A program made the position numbers and the translations under genes. DNA of 64,000 bases, from the NCBI GenBank assembly GCA_963727095.1, contig CAVSEQ010000001.1, positions 18,083-82,082 on the forward strand, written 5' to 3'. The stretch's first letter is position 1; every line of letters begins with the position of its first letter. This document shows, one piece after another, positions 36,811 through 46,008 of this stretch. The notes under the pieces were generated by a model. The model was given only the letters and a program-made list of their open reading frames with translations, did not search any database and was not told where the DNA came from. The DNA is from Candidatus Aminicenantes bacterium. GTDB taxonomy: Bacteria; Acidobacteriota; Aminicenantia; Aminicenantales; Saccharicenantaceae.

Positions 36811-37539
36811 ATGATTGGATTATACAGTTCTCGAGGGTTGGACATTTATGAGCGGTCCCACTATGCCCGGAACGAACATGTCGACGAGGTTGAGCAGATC
36901 CTCTCGTGGTACGACGGCCGCGGCGGGCGCGTTCTCGACGCCGGATGCTGCACGGGGCTCCATGCCCTTGAGTTCGCGCGGCGGGGCTTTTCTGTGGCCG
37001 GCCTTGATATCGAGCCCGCGGCGGTCGAGCGGGCCAGCCGCCGGGCGAGGCAGAGTGGGGCGGCCGTCGCTTTTTCGGTGAAAGACCTCAGCCGCGATTC
37101 CCTGACATCTCTGGGCACGTTCGATTTCGTGTACAGCCTCGGCAACGTTCTGGCCCACATCGAGAAAGGCCTGCTGCCCGCGGTCCTGGCGAGGATTCAC
37201 GCCTGCCTGAACCGCAAAGGTGTTTTCCTTTTCGACCTCTTGATGACGGACAATCCGTTCCTCCGGGATATCCGCGACGAAAAACACAAGATCTTTTGGA
37301 AGAGGGCGCGGGAGGGAGAAACGGGCAAGATCCGCATGGACGGATATTTTCTTGAATTCGGGTTTGTCCAGCCCTTCGAAGTTTGGGGCTATTCCCTGGA
37401 TGACGTGCGGAGCCTCCTCTCCCACTCCGGATTCGTTCTGGACACGATGAGCAGTCGACTGGACTTCCCGAACGTCGAACCCGGCAAAGGGGTGCCTTTT
37501 TGTCTTAATTTCAGAGTGCGGCGGAAGGAGGATCGATGA
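36811..37539 (+). CDS. Class I SAM-dependent methyltransferase
   Basis: Motif I VLDAGCCTGLHALEFARRG and motif II/post-I blocks (FDFVYSLGNVLAHI). ATG 36811. The track's TTG 36784 is also possible. Confidence 0.7.
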   Translation: MIGLYSSRGLDIYERSHYARNEHVDEVEQILSWYDGRGGRVLDAGCCTGLHALEFARRGFSVAGLDIEPAAVERASRRARQSGAAVAFSVKDLSRDSLTSLGTFDFVYSLGNVLAHIEKGLLPAVLARIHACLNRKGVFLFDLLMTDNPFLRDIRDEKHKIFWKRAREGETGKIRMDGYFLEFGFVQPFEVWGYSLDDVRSLLSHSGFVLDTMSSRLDFPNVEPGKGVPFCLNFRVRRKEDR

Positions 37540-37859
37540 AAGTTTTTCGGATGAGGGATTTTTTCGATGCGGATTTTGACGAGTTCATCATCGGGACGAA
37601 AGCCACGGGAAAGCACACGGTTTACCTGGTCTATGGCGAGGTCCCGGCCGGCGAAGCGCGGGCCATGGCTCCGAACGGGCACGACGAGATCCTCTTCCTT
37701 CTTTCCGGGGAGGCCGTGCTTGAAGACGGGGGGCGCAACATTCCTCTAACCAAAGAACAGGCCGTGTCCCTCGAGCCCGATGAGCGATTCAATTTTCGGG
37801 CGCTCGCCGACTGCCGCTACGTTGTCGCCGGAGCCCATACGAACGCTCATGCTCATTGA
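37536..37859 (+). CDS. Cupin-domain protein
   Basis: 107 aa. ATGA start/stop overlap with the upstream methyltransferase gene. Cupin-like G(X)5HxH...E...H pattern (APNGHDEILFLLSGEA...). Confidence 0.6.
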   Translation: MKVFRMRDFFDADFDEFIIGTKATGKHTVYLVYGEVPAGEARAMAPNGHDEILFLLSGEAVLEDGGRNIPLTKEQAVSLEPDERFNFRALADCRYVVAGAHTNAHAH

Positions 37860-37919
37860 CAACCGCCATGTTCTCGATCGCGCGGGGCTCGCGCCGTTAG
37901 GGAAAAAAAGGATAGCCAA

Positions 37920-39576
37920 GTGACAACAAAAACTAAAACCGTGATGACAGGCGGACTCCTGGGCGGATTGACCGGCTTCGCGGTCGTCGGCCTGACGTAT
38001 CTCGGCCAGCGGCTGGTGCAGCTGCCCTTTGTGCCGTTCGACGTCTTTGATTGGCAGGCCCGCGTGCTTCCGGGCAAGGTGATCAGCCTGAGCATCGACA
38101 TCATGGTCAAGCTCATCAGCTCCCTCAAGCTCGGACCGACGGCGGCCGTCGCCAAACAGGCCGAAGGCCTGATCGCCATGGCTCAACTCGTCGTTGCGGG
38201 GATCGTTTTCGGATGCGTTCTCGGCTGGCTCAGCGGCCGCCGCGGGGTGCACCTTCCCGTTGCCGGAGCGGCCGGCAGCCTTGTCCTGCTGGCCGTAGGA
38301 CTCGTCGCTGAGTTCTCGATGGGTTTCCCGGCCGCCGGCCCCTTTGTCAGCATCCTGTGGCTGGTCATTGTTTTCGTCGGCTGGGGAACCGTCTTGGGAC
38401 AGGCTGTCGAAGCCGTTGCGCTCCCCGCTGATGACGTCGGCATCCGGGGCCGCCGGCGTTTCCTTTGGTTCGTCGGAGTGGGCTCCTTTGTGGTCAGTGC
38501 CGGTGCGCTCGGCTTGAAGATTCTATCGAGGAAAGAGGGGCAGGCTGCACCCGCCCAGGCGGAAGTTCCCGGCGCCGGGATTCTGGAGTCGGATCAAACC
38601 TCAGGGCCCCGCCGCGTCTCCCGCCTGGAAAACGCTCCAGGCGAGGATCAAACCGGCTCCGGGCACTCGGTCCGAGCTCACATCAAGCCGGGACTTCTAT
38701 CGAATCGACATCGACATCATGCCGCCCGCGGTGGACGGCGCGACTTGGCGGCTCGAGGTCGGCGGCCTCGTCGATCGCCCGCTCCGTCTCTCGCTTGCCG
38801 ATCTGCGTTCGCGGCGCGCCGTCAATCAGACGATCACGCTGTCCTGCATCTCCAACACGGTCGGCGGCGACCTCATCAGCACGGCCGTCTGGACCGGCGT
38901 TCCCCTGCGCGACGTCCTGGCCGAAGCGGGCCTGCGGCCGGGAGTCCGGGACATCGCCGCCGAAGCGGCCGACGGCTTTTACGAGAGCGTGCCGATCGCT
39001 GAAGCGATGGATGCGCGCACGCTGCTGGTCTATGCCATGAACGGGGAGCCGCTCTCGGTCGCGCACGGATTTCCGCTCCGCGTTTTTATTCCCGGCCACT
39101 ACGGCATGAAACAGCCGAAATGGATCACGCGGTTGACGGCCATCGATAAGGACGGACCGGGCTACTGGGTGGACCGCGGCTGGGATAAGAGGGCGATCGT
39201 GAAAACCACCTCGGTCATCGACGCCGTCGCCGCGGACCAGGTCTCTGTTCCGGAAGGGCTTGTGCCTGTCGGCGGGATCGCCTATGCGGGGGCCCGCGGC
39301 ATCAGCAAGGTCGAGCTTCAGGTGGACGACGGCCCGTGGCAGGCGGTGCAACTGCGGACGCCTTCGCTCGGGCCTTTGACATGGGTCGAGTGGCGAGCCG
39401 ATTGGAAGGCCGTTCCCGGCAAGCATATCTTCCGCGTCCGTGCTTACGACGGCGGCGGCGTCCTGCAGGACGCTGAACCCCGGCCGCCTCACCCGTCTGG
39501 CGCCACGGGGATCCACTCGCGGAAAGCCGATATCAGGCTTGCCGCCGCGCCCGGCGAACACCGGCTTGATGATTGA
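37920..39576 (+). CDS. Membrane-anchored sulfite-oxidase-family molybdopterin oxidoreductase, reading frame apparently broken at a CCCC run (38607-38610)
   Basis: Frame 0 (37920 to ~38610) encodes ~5 TM helices. Frame +1 from 38518 encodes ...TSSRDFYRIDIDIMPPAVDGATWRLEVGGLVDRPLRLSLADL...TITLSCISNTVGGDLIS...GFPLRVFIPGHYGMKQPKWITRL, SO-family Moco domain blocks. There is no upstream start in frame +1 other than ATG 38719. Either one frameshifted fusion gene or two genes. Confidence 0.55.
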
Positions 39577-39606
39577 CAACATTGATCAAAATGGAGGTCG
39601 GCAACT

Positions 39607-39792
39607 ATGCTCACTAAAGATCGGACTTGCGGCATCATCGAGGGCACACTGAGGGATGCTCTGGAGAACCTCGAGCGGACCAAGGAGTGCATGGTCGGTT
39701 GGGATTGGAACTATCTTTCGCCCGAGGAGGTCGAGCAGGCCATCCGCGTCGTGGAAGCGATTCTCCGCAAAGCACGAAGCGAAACGGCCTGA
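39607..39792 (+). CDS. Small hypothetical protein (61 aa)
   Basis: ATG with GGAGG SD 8 nt upstream. Moderate coding look. No known motif. Confidence 0.4.
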   Translation: MLTKDRTCGIIEGTLRDALENLERTKECMVGWDWNYLSPEEVEQAIRVVEAILRKARSETA

Positions 39793-39921
39793 CACCGGAC
39801 GTCCCGGGCTTCCGGCACGCCTGAAATATCGCGGCGTTTGCGCCGGCGATCACTGAACATTTGCCCCGAAGCCCCGATTTTTGTAAAATGTCCGGCGTTA
39901 GCCCCACAAAAGGAGCCGCCT

Positions 39922-41154
39922 ATGGACCTCTTCGAGAAGTGTTTCGGTTTTTACAACGACCCTCTTGTTGCCCAAAAATACGGCTACCCGACCAATCCGG
40001 CCACCATCCAGAAGCTGGGCATGTTTCCATACTTCATTCCCATCGACCATTCGGAAGGCCCGGAGGCCTATATCGGAGGCCGCAAACTCCTGATGATCGG
40101 CTCCAACAACTACCTGGGCCTGGCCGACCACCCCAAGGTCAAGGAGGCGGCGATCGAGGCGGTCAGGCGATACGGCACGAGCTGCACCGGCTCGCGCTTT
40201 CTCAACGGCACGCTGCAGATGCACATCGACCTCGAGCAACGCTTGGCGAAGTTCGTCGGCCTCGAGGCGGCGCTGGTCTTCAGCACGGGCTTCCAGGTCA
40301 ATCTGGGTTCGATTCCGGCCTTGATGGAGGCGGACGACATCCTTATCACGGACAAGGAGGTCCACGCCAGCATCGTCGACGGCGTCCGTATGGCCAGGGC
40401 CCAGAAAAAGACAGAAGCCCGGTTTTTTAAGCACAGCGACGCCGCGGACCTTGAGGCGATCCTCAAAGCCTTGCCGGCGGAGGCCGGGAAACTCGTCATC
40501 GTGGACGGCGTCTTCAGCATGGGAGGAGATATCGCGCCTCTTCCGGAGATCATTCCGGTCTGCAAGAAGTACGGCGCCCGTCTCATGGTCGATGACGCTC
40601 ATTCGTTGGGGGTCCTCGGCGGGGGCCATGGCACAGCCCATCACTTCGGCTGCGACGGCCAAGTCGACCTCATCATGGGAACCTTCAGCAAGTCGTTCGC
40701 CTCGGTGGGCGGCTTCATCGCCGCTCCGAAGGAAGTCATCCAGTGGATCCAGTTCTTCGCCCGCCCATTCATTTTCAGCGCCAGCCTGCCTCCGGCCAAT
40801 ACGGCGACCGTGCTGGCCTGCCTCGACATCATCGAGCAGGAGCCGGAGCGGGTGGCCCGTGTCAACCAGATCGGAGAACGGGTGCGGCGGGAGCTCCGGG
40901 CGATGGGCTACGAGATCGGCGCTTCCCAGACGCCGGTCATCCCCATCATCATCGGGGACATGATGAAGACCTTCAAGGCTTGGCATATCCTCTTTCAGGA
41001 AGGAATCTATACCAACGTCGCCCTGCCCCCGGCCGTTCCCCCGGAACTTTCCCTGTTGCGCACGAGCTACATGGCGACCCACACCGACGCCCAGGTGGAC
41101 CGGATCCTGGAGACATTCGCCAAAGTCAAAGGCCTTCTGGCTTCGGAAGCCTGA
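39922..41154 (+). CDS. Alpha-oxoamine synthase family PLP enzyme, closest to serine palmitoyltransferase (SPT); KBL/BioF not excluded
   Basis: ATG 39922 with AAAGGAG SD. PLP-lysine block GTFSKSFASVGGF (GTFSKS as in SPT, versus GTLGKA in KBL). HASIVDG, DDAHSLGVLG, RPFIFSASLPP. N-terminal ~60-aa extension as in bacterial SPT. Confidence 0.7.
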   Translation: MDLFEKCFGFYNDPLVAQKYGYPTNPATIQKLGMFPYFIPIDHSEGPEAYIGGRKLLMIGSNNYLGLADHPKVKEAAIEAVRRYGTSCTGSRFLNGTLQMHIDLEQRLAKFVGLEAALVFSTGFQVNLGSIPALMEADDILITDKEVHASIVDGVRMARAQKKTEARFFKHSDAADLEAILKALPAEAGKLVIVDGVFSMGGDIAPLPEIIPVCKKYGARLMVDDAHSLGVLGGGHGTAHHFGCDGQVDLIMGTFSKSFASVGGFIAAPKEVIQWIQFFARPFIFSASLPPANTATVLACLDIIEQEPERVARVNQIGERVRRELRAMGYEIGASQTPVIPIIIGDMMKTFKAWHILFQEGIYTNVALPPAVPPELSLLRTSYMATHTDAQVDRILETFAKVKGLLASEA

Positions 41155-41185
41155 TCGTTGCGTCCCGCCCAGGACGCAAGGAGGG

Positions 41186-42025
41186 ATGATGATCACCGGC
41201 TACGGCTGTCCCGAGAAAGACCTCACCCATTACACGTGCTTCAGGACCCCGAAGCGGATCGGGGTCGACGGCCGGCTCGATAAGCCCGCTTGGCAAAAGG
41301 CGGCGAAGTCGGGCCGTTTCGTGGACCTCGTCAGCGGAGTGCCGGGCTTTCTCGAAACCCGGATGGCGGCGCTTTGGGACGACGAGAACCTCTATGTTGC
41401 GTTCTGGGTGGAAGAACCCAACGTCAGGGCGCGCCTCACCGAGCGCGACGCATTCGTCTGGACGGAGAACGATGTCGAGGTTTTCATCGGGGGCGAGGAC
41501 TGTTATTACGAGTTCCAGCTGAACGCCCTGGGCACGATCTACGAGGTTTTCTATATTTGGCAGGACGCCTACGTCAAAGGCGGACGGTTCGACGTTCCGG
41601 AATTCGACCTTCTCGGCCGCAAGGTTGATGTGCTGGGCGGCTTTCAGGACGCGATGCGGTTCGGCAAACACCGGCGCGGCCGGCGCTGGGCTTTCATGGA
41701 CTGGGACCTGCCCGGCCTCAAAGCCGCGGCGAGCGTCCAGGGAACCATCAACGACCCGTCGAATATCGACAGAGGCTGGACGGCGGAGATCGCCTTTCCC
41801 TGGAAGGGTCTGACGGCCTTGGCCGGGACGCGCTCCCTGCCGCCGCGCGACGGCGATGTGTGGCGGATGGATTTCTCACGGTTCGAGCTTCTTGAGTACT
41901 GCGGCGTCAAAGCCGAGCCGCATCCCGGCTGGGCGCTCAACCGTCACGGCGTCTACGACTCCCATATCCCGGAGTGCTTTTCCTTCATTCATTTTTCAGA
42001 ACAGGCGCCGGAAGAGACGGCGTGA
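41186..42025 (+). CDS. Carbohydrate-binding family 9-like (CBM9/DOMON-like) domain protein
   Basis: AGGAGGG SD. Blocks WDDENLYVAFWVEEPNV and DVEVFIGGEDCYYEFQLN resemble CBM9-like domains. Assignment from memory. No signal peptide evident. Confidence 0.5.
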   Translation: MMITGYGCPEKDLTHYTCFRTPKRIGVDGRLDKPAWQKAAKSGRFVDLVSGVPGFLETRMAALWDDENLYVAFWVEEPNVRARLTERDAFVWTENDVEVFIGGEDCYYEFQLNALGTIYEVFYIWQDAYVKGGRFDVPEFDLLGRKVDVLGGFQDAMRFGKHRRGRRWAFMDWDLPGLKAAASVQGTINDPSNIDRGWTAEIAFPWKGLTALAGTRSLPPRDGDVWRMDFSRFELLEYCGVKAEPHPGWALNRHGVYDSHIPECFSFIHFSEQAPEETA

Positions 42026-42055
42026 AGAGGGGGAGGGGCGCCGTTCAATCGGAGG

Positions 42056-42421
42056 CTAATACATCGAAGCGGGGAGACCGGTGGGTTCTCCGTACAGGTG
42101 CTTGATGAGCGCCATGATCGTTTGGGACAGTTCGTGCAGGAACTCGACACCTATTTCGTAAACCTTCTCCTCTTTGTTCCACTCAATCCAGCGCACTTCG
42201 GCGTCGAGGCGAAGGGCCTGCTGGGACCGGGCCAGATCGATCTGGATCCGGACGACGGTGCCGACGGAAAACGACTGTTCGCTATAGATCTTCGCTCCCT
42301 TGATCGACAGGTCGTACGTGTAAGCGTTGATGTCAGGACCGGGGCCATCGGCACTTCGGCCCCCGGACTTGAGGACGACCTTGTTCCATTCCTTGAATCG
42401 TTTGTCTTTACGTTTCTCCAT
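42056..42421 (-). CDS. PilZ domain protein (c-di-GMP binding)
   Basis: Start MEKRKDKRFK at 42421. RxxxR (KRKDKRFK) and D-x-S-x-x-G (DLSIKGAKI) PilZ motifs. 121 aa. Confidence 0.6.
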   Translation of the reverse strand: MEKRKDKRFKEWNKVVLKSGGRSADGPGPDINAYTYDLSIKGAKIYSEQSFSVGTVVRIQIDLARSQQALRLDAEVRWIEWNKEEKVYEIGVEFLHELSQTIMALIKHLYGEPTGLPASMY

Positions 42422-42595
42422 CCCAGGCCTCTCCCTCCGTCGCAATTGTCTCTTTAACGCCCTCATTATCCTGGGGGGGACCGTCGGCGGGGAATAGCCT
42501 TTAAGGGTGATTCGAGAGGTGATTGTCGGTTTTCCCTTGGCGGCTTGGGGCCTTCCCCCGTTCTATGCTATAAAAGAGCCTTCAAGGAGAGACTC

Positions 42596-43321
42596 GTGAT
42601 TGAACTCAACCAGGTTTCCAAAAGCTATAATAAAGGGAAGATTAAAGCCGTCGACAATCTCAGCCTGACCGTCCGGCCCGGCGAGATCTTCGGCTTTCTC
42701 GGGCCCAACGGCGCCGGCAAGACGACCACGATTAAGATGATCGTTGGGCTGCTCAGGCCTGATTCCGGAACAATCTTGGTCGATGGCATCGACACGGCGA
42801 GCGATCCGCTCGCGGCTAAGGCTTTGACCACGTACGTGCCGGACTACCCGGCCGTCTATGAGCGCCTGACGGGGCTCGAGTATCTCAATTTCATCGGGGA
42901 CGTTTACGGAGTTCCAAGAGATGAGCGCCTGGAGAGAATCGGCAAGTGGCTCGAAGTTTTCGAACTCAGCCAGGCCGTCACCAACCCCATCCAAAGCTAC
43001 TCCCACGGCATGAAGCAGAAAATCGTCATCACGGCGGCCCTACTGCCCGCGCCCCGGGTCATGGTTCTCGACGAGCCTCTGGTCGGGCTCGACCCGAGAG
43101 CCGCCCATCAGCTCAAGGAGCTCTTCCGGGAGCATTGCGACCAGGGCAAGACGCTCTTCTTTTCGACTCACATCATGGAGGTCGCGGAAAAGCTCTGCGA
43201 CCGCATCGGCATCATCGACAAGGGCCGGCTCGTCGCCTGCGGAACAATGGAAGACCTCAGGCAGCTCGACAAGACCGAGCAGTCGCTTGAAGGCATCTTC
43301 CTGGAGCTCACGGAGAAATGA
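42596..43321 (+). CDS. ABC transporter ATP-binding protein
   Basis: GTG 42596 with AAGGAGA SD. Walker A GPNGAGKTTT, signature YSHGMKQKI, Walker B VMVLDEPLVGLD. Confidence 0.8.
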   Translation: MIELNQVSKSYNKGKIKAVDNLSLTVRPGEIFGFLGPNGAGKTTTIKMIVGLLRPDSGTILVDGIDTASDPLAAKALTTYVPDYPAVYERLTGLEYLNFIGDVYGVPRDERLERIGKWLEVFELSQAVTNPIQSYSHGMKQKIVITAALLPAPRVMVLDEPLVGLDPRAAHQLKELFREHCDQGKTLFFSTHIMEVAEKLCDRIGIIDKGRLVACGTMEDLRQLDKTEQSLEGIFLELTEK

Positions 43322-45000
43322 GCAAGTTCACGACTCTCGTCCGCGTCGGCCTGAAGGCGAACTTCGGGCTCGCGCTTCTCCGGTACCGGATCTTCAAGGA
43401 AAAGAAGGATATCTGGCTTATCCCCCTCATCGTCCTGGCCGGTCTGGCCGTTCTGCCGTCCCTTTACGGGCTTGTCCTTCTCGTGCAGAACGTCTATCTC
43501 GCCCTCAAACCCTTCGGTCAGGAGCGGGCGCTGCTCTCCTTCGGCGTCCTCGCGGGGCAGCTCTTCGTCCTCCTCTTCGGGCTCTATTACGTCATCTCGG
43601 CCTTCTATTTCTCGAGAGACCTGGAACTCCTCATCCCCCTGCCGCTCAAGCCGGTCCAGGTCATGGCTTCGAAATTCACGATCATCCTGATCAACGAGTA
43701 CCTCACGGTCATGGTCATCGTCGTGCCCGTCCTGGCGGTTTTCGGCGTCATGGCCGGGGCTGGCCCCGTCTATTGGGTGAGCGCGGTGCTCGTCTATCTG
43801 ACATTGCCCGTCATCCCGCTGGCCATCGTTTCGATCCTGGTCGTGGCGATGATGCGCCTCATCAACATCAGCCGGAAAAAAGACGCGCTCATTCTCGTCG
43901 GCAGCATCGTCTTGATCGCGGCCTCCATGGCGCTTCAGTTCGCGGCAGGACGGGCGGGCAACAAGCACTTGGACGGCCAGGCCATGGCGGCCTTTTTCGG
44001 TTCTCCCGACAGCCTTCTCAACCGGGTCGGGGCCAAATTCCCGCCGAGCGTCTGGGCGGCCAAGGCCCTGGCCGGAGGCTTTTCCCACAGCGGGCTCCTG
44101 AACCTCGCCCTTTTTCTGGGGGTTTCCGTTGCCCTCCTGGGCGCCATGCTCGTCCTTTCCGAGAAACTGTTCTACCGGGGCCTGATCGGCGTCGGCGAAG
44201 TCTCGGGCCGGCGGCGTTCCCTCTCGGCGGCCCAGATGTCCCGGCGGATGTCGTCCGGCCGCCACCCCGTAAGGGCGATCTTCGTCCGCGAGTGGCGCAT
44301 CATGAACCGCACCCCGATTTTTTTGCTGAACGGCGTCCTCGTCGTCATCATCGTGCCGGTCGTCTTCGTCCTCATGGCGACGATGGGGTCGGGCAGGGGA
44401 GACACCGCCGCGGTGATGAAAGTCATGACTTCGGGAAATTCCTTCTATGTCATCCTGGCCGCCGCCGCCTTCATGACGGCCTGCGGCAGCCTGAACGGCA
44501 CGGCCTCTTCGACGTTTTCCCGCGAAGGAGGCCAGTTCTGGATCTCGCGTGTCATCCCCGTGGCGCCGCGCGACCAGGTCGCCGCCAAATTCCTGCACTC
44601 CTACCTCATCTCCGGTCTCGGTGTCGTGGCGGCATCGGTGGTTTCCGTCCTGGTCCTTCATCTCAAGGCCGGCGTCCTGGCCGCAGCGATCGCCCTGGCC
44701 CTGCTCGTCTCCATCCCGCTTGACGCCGCCGGCATGATCATCGATTTGGCGCGGCCGCTCCTCGACTGGACCAATCCGCAAAAGGCCATCAAGCAGAATC
44801 TGAATGTCCTCCTGGCCTTGTTCGCCGACATCGGTATTCTGACGGCGCTGTTCTTCCTCCTGAAACTGCTGATCAGGTCGGGGGTGGCCGGGACGAGCGC
44901 CCTGGCTCTCCTTTTCACCGCGCTCGCGGTCCTCTCGGTCTTGAGCTGGCGATTCCTCATCGGTTTCGCCGACCGGCGCTACCGGGAGATTGAGTCGTAA
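43318..45000 (+). CDS. Putative ABC exporter permease (polytopic membrane protein, ~12 TM)
   Basis: ATGA overlap with the upstream ATPase. 560 aa, highly hydrophobic, two 6-TM halves. Confidence 0.6.
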   Translation: MSKFTTLVRVGLKANFGLALLRYRIFKEKKDIWLIPLIVLAGLAVLPSLYGLVLLVQNVYLALKPFGQERALLSFGVLAGQLFVLLFGLYYVISAFYFSRDLELLIPLPLKPVQVMASKFTIILINEYLTVMVIVVPVLAVFGVMAGAGPVYWVSAVLVYLTLPVIPLAIVSILVVAMMRLINISRKKDALILVGSIVLIAASMALQFAAGRAGNKHLDGQAMAAFFGSPDSLLNRVGAKFPPSVWAAKALAGGFSHSGLLNLALFLGVSVALLGAMLVLSEKLFYRGLIGVGEVSGRRRSLSAAQMSRRMSSGRHPVRAIFVREWRIMNRTPIFLLNGVLVVIIVPVVFVLMATMGSGRGDTAAVMKVMTSGNSFYVILAAAAFMTACGSLNGTASSTFSREGGQFWISRVIPVAPRDQVAAKFLHSYLISGLGVVAASVVSVLVLHLKAGVLAAAIALALLVSIPLDAAGMIIDLARPLLDWTNPQKAIKQNLNVLLALFADIGILTALFFLLKLLIRSGVAGTSALALLFTALAVLSVLSWRFLIGFADRRYREIES

Positions 45001-45102
45001 AGAGACCTGTCTCCGGCGCCGCGGCTGTGATATAATTCGAGCCCGGACTTTTGGACCGACCATTGGCACAGGAAACTTCGGTGGCAGCCCGGGAGGGAAA
45101 CC

Positions 45103-45741
45103 ATGATCTGTGTCAGCATCGCCGAACCGACGCTTGCAGAATGCTTGGCCGCCCTGAACGGGCTTGAGTTCGCCGAGTTCAGGCTGGACAAAACCAACTT
45201 GACGGTGGATGAGGTCAAAACCCTCTTCGCCTCGCCCCTCAAGCTCATCGCCACCTGTCGGCCCGGTACGCGCACGGAAGACGAGCGCTTGGCGCTTCTT
45301 CTCGCTGCGATCTCCGCGGGCGCCGCCTACGTGGATATCGAGATCGAAGCGCCGGCGGGATACCGGCAGGCGGTCATCGCCGCCGCCCGCGAACGCAAGT
45401 GCCATGTCATCTTGTCCTATTTCAATTTCAAGGAAACGCCCCTCAGGCAAGTCCTCCTGCTCAAGATCGAGGAATGCTTCGACAACGGCGCCGACATCGC
45501 CAAGGTCGTCTGCCAGGTCCAAAGCACACAGGATTGCGTCCGCATGCTCTCGCTCTACGAGACGAGAAAGAACGTGATCGCGCTCGGCATGGGATCGCTC
45601 GGCATCATCACGCGGATTGCGGCCCCGTTCCTCGGCGCGCCCCTCACCTATGCGTCACTGGCGCCCGGCAAAGAAACCGCCGAGGGCCAGCCCGACTTCA
45701 AGACGCTTGAAGCGCTGATGAAATACTTGAAGACCGGATGA
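45103..45741 (+). CDS. aroD: 3-dehydroquinate dehydratase, type I
   Basis: 212 aa. Conserved type-I DHQase blocks (MICVSI...EFRLD..., YVDIEIE, HVILSYFNF, ADIAKV) including the Schiff-base lysine region. Confidence 0.75.
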   Translation: MICVSIAEPTLAECLAALNGLEFAEFRLDKTNLTVDEVKTLFASPLKLIATCRPGTRTEDERLALLLAAISAGAAYVDIEIEAPAGYRQAVIAAARERKCHVILSYFNFKETPLRQVLLLKIEECFDNGADIAKVVCQVQSTQDCVRMLSLYETRKNVIALGMGSLGIITRIAAPFLGAPLTYASLAPGKETAEGQPDFKTLEALMKYLKTG

Positions 45742-45786
45742 CGGCCGCCTTTCCCCGGCAGGCGAACGGCTGAGACGGTCGGACGT

Positions 45787-45815
45787 GTTGATTGCGCTTC
45801 CTCGTTCCTATATAA
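45787..45815 (+). promoter_or_regulatory. Sigma70-like promoter TTGATT-17-TATAAT, ~190-nt leader to the BNR paralog gene
   Basis: Seen directly: gtgTTGATTgcgcttcctcgttcctaTATAATccg, exact 17-bp spacer and perfect -10. Confidence 0.4.
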
Positions 45816-46008
45816 TCCGTCTCCTGTCCATGCGATGCGAGTCCGGGCGGAGATGCCAACATTCCTTATCCCTCAGACCGGACTGCGGCCGCGGCGCTCG
45901 TTTTCGCAGCGCCACACGTCCTCCTCAGGGCATGTCCCATCCGTCTTGTGCGAAGGCCGCAGCGCTCGGCACGCTGGACGTCATTCCATTCCCCGGGAGG
46001 TTCCCCTT

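Noticed and set aside
37920-39002. 360-aa ORF treated as a single protein
   Set aside because: Only the first ~230 residues (TM domain) look real. The remainder is the Moco domain read out of frame (R/P/S-rich). The domain is correctly read in the 38518-39576 frame.
43168-45522. 784-aa antisense ORF across the ABC permease and aroD
   Set aside because: Extremely charged (D/E/R/G-rich) low-complexity product, antisense to two supported genes.
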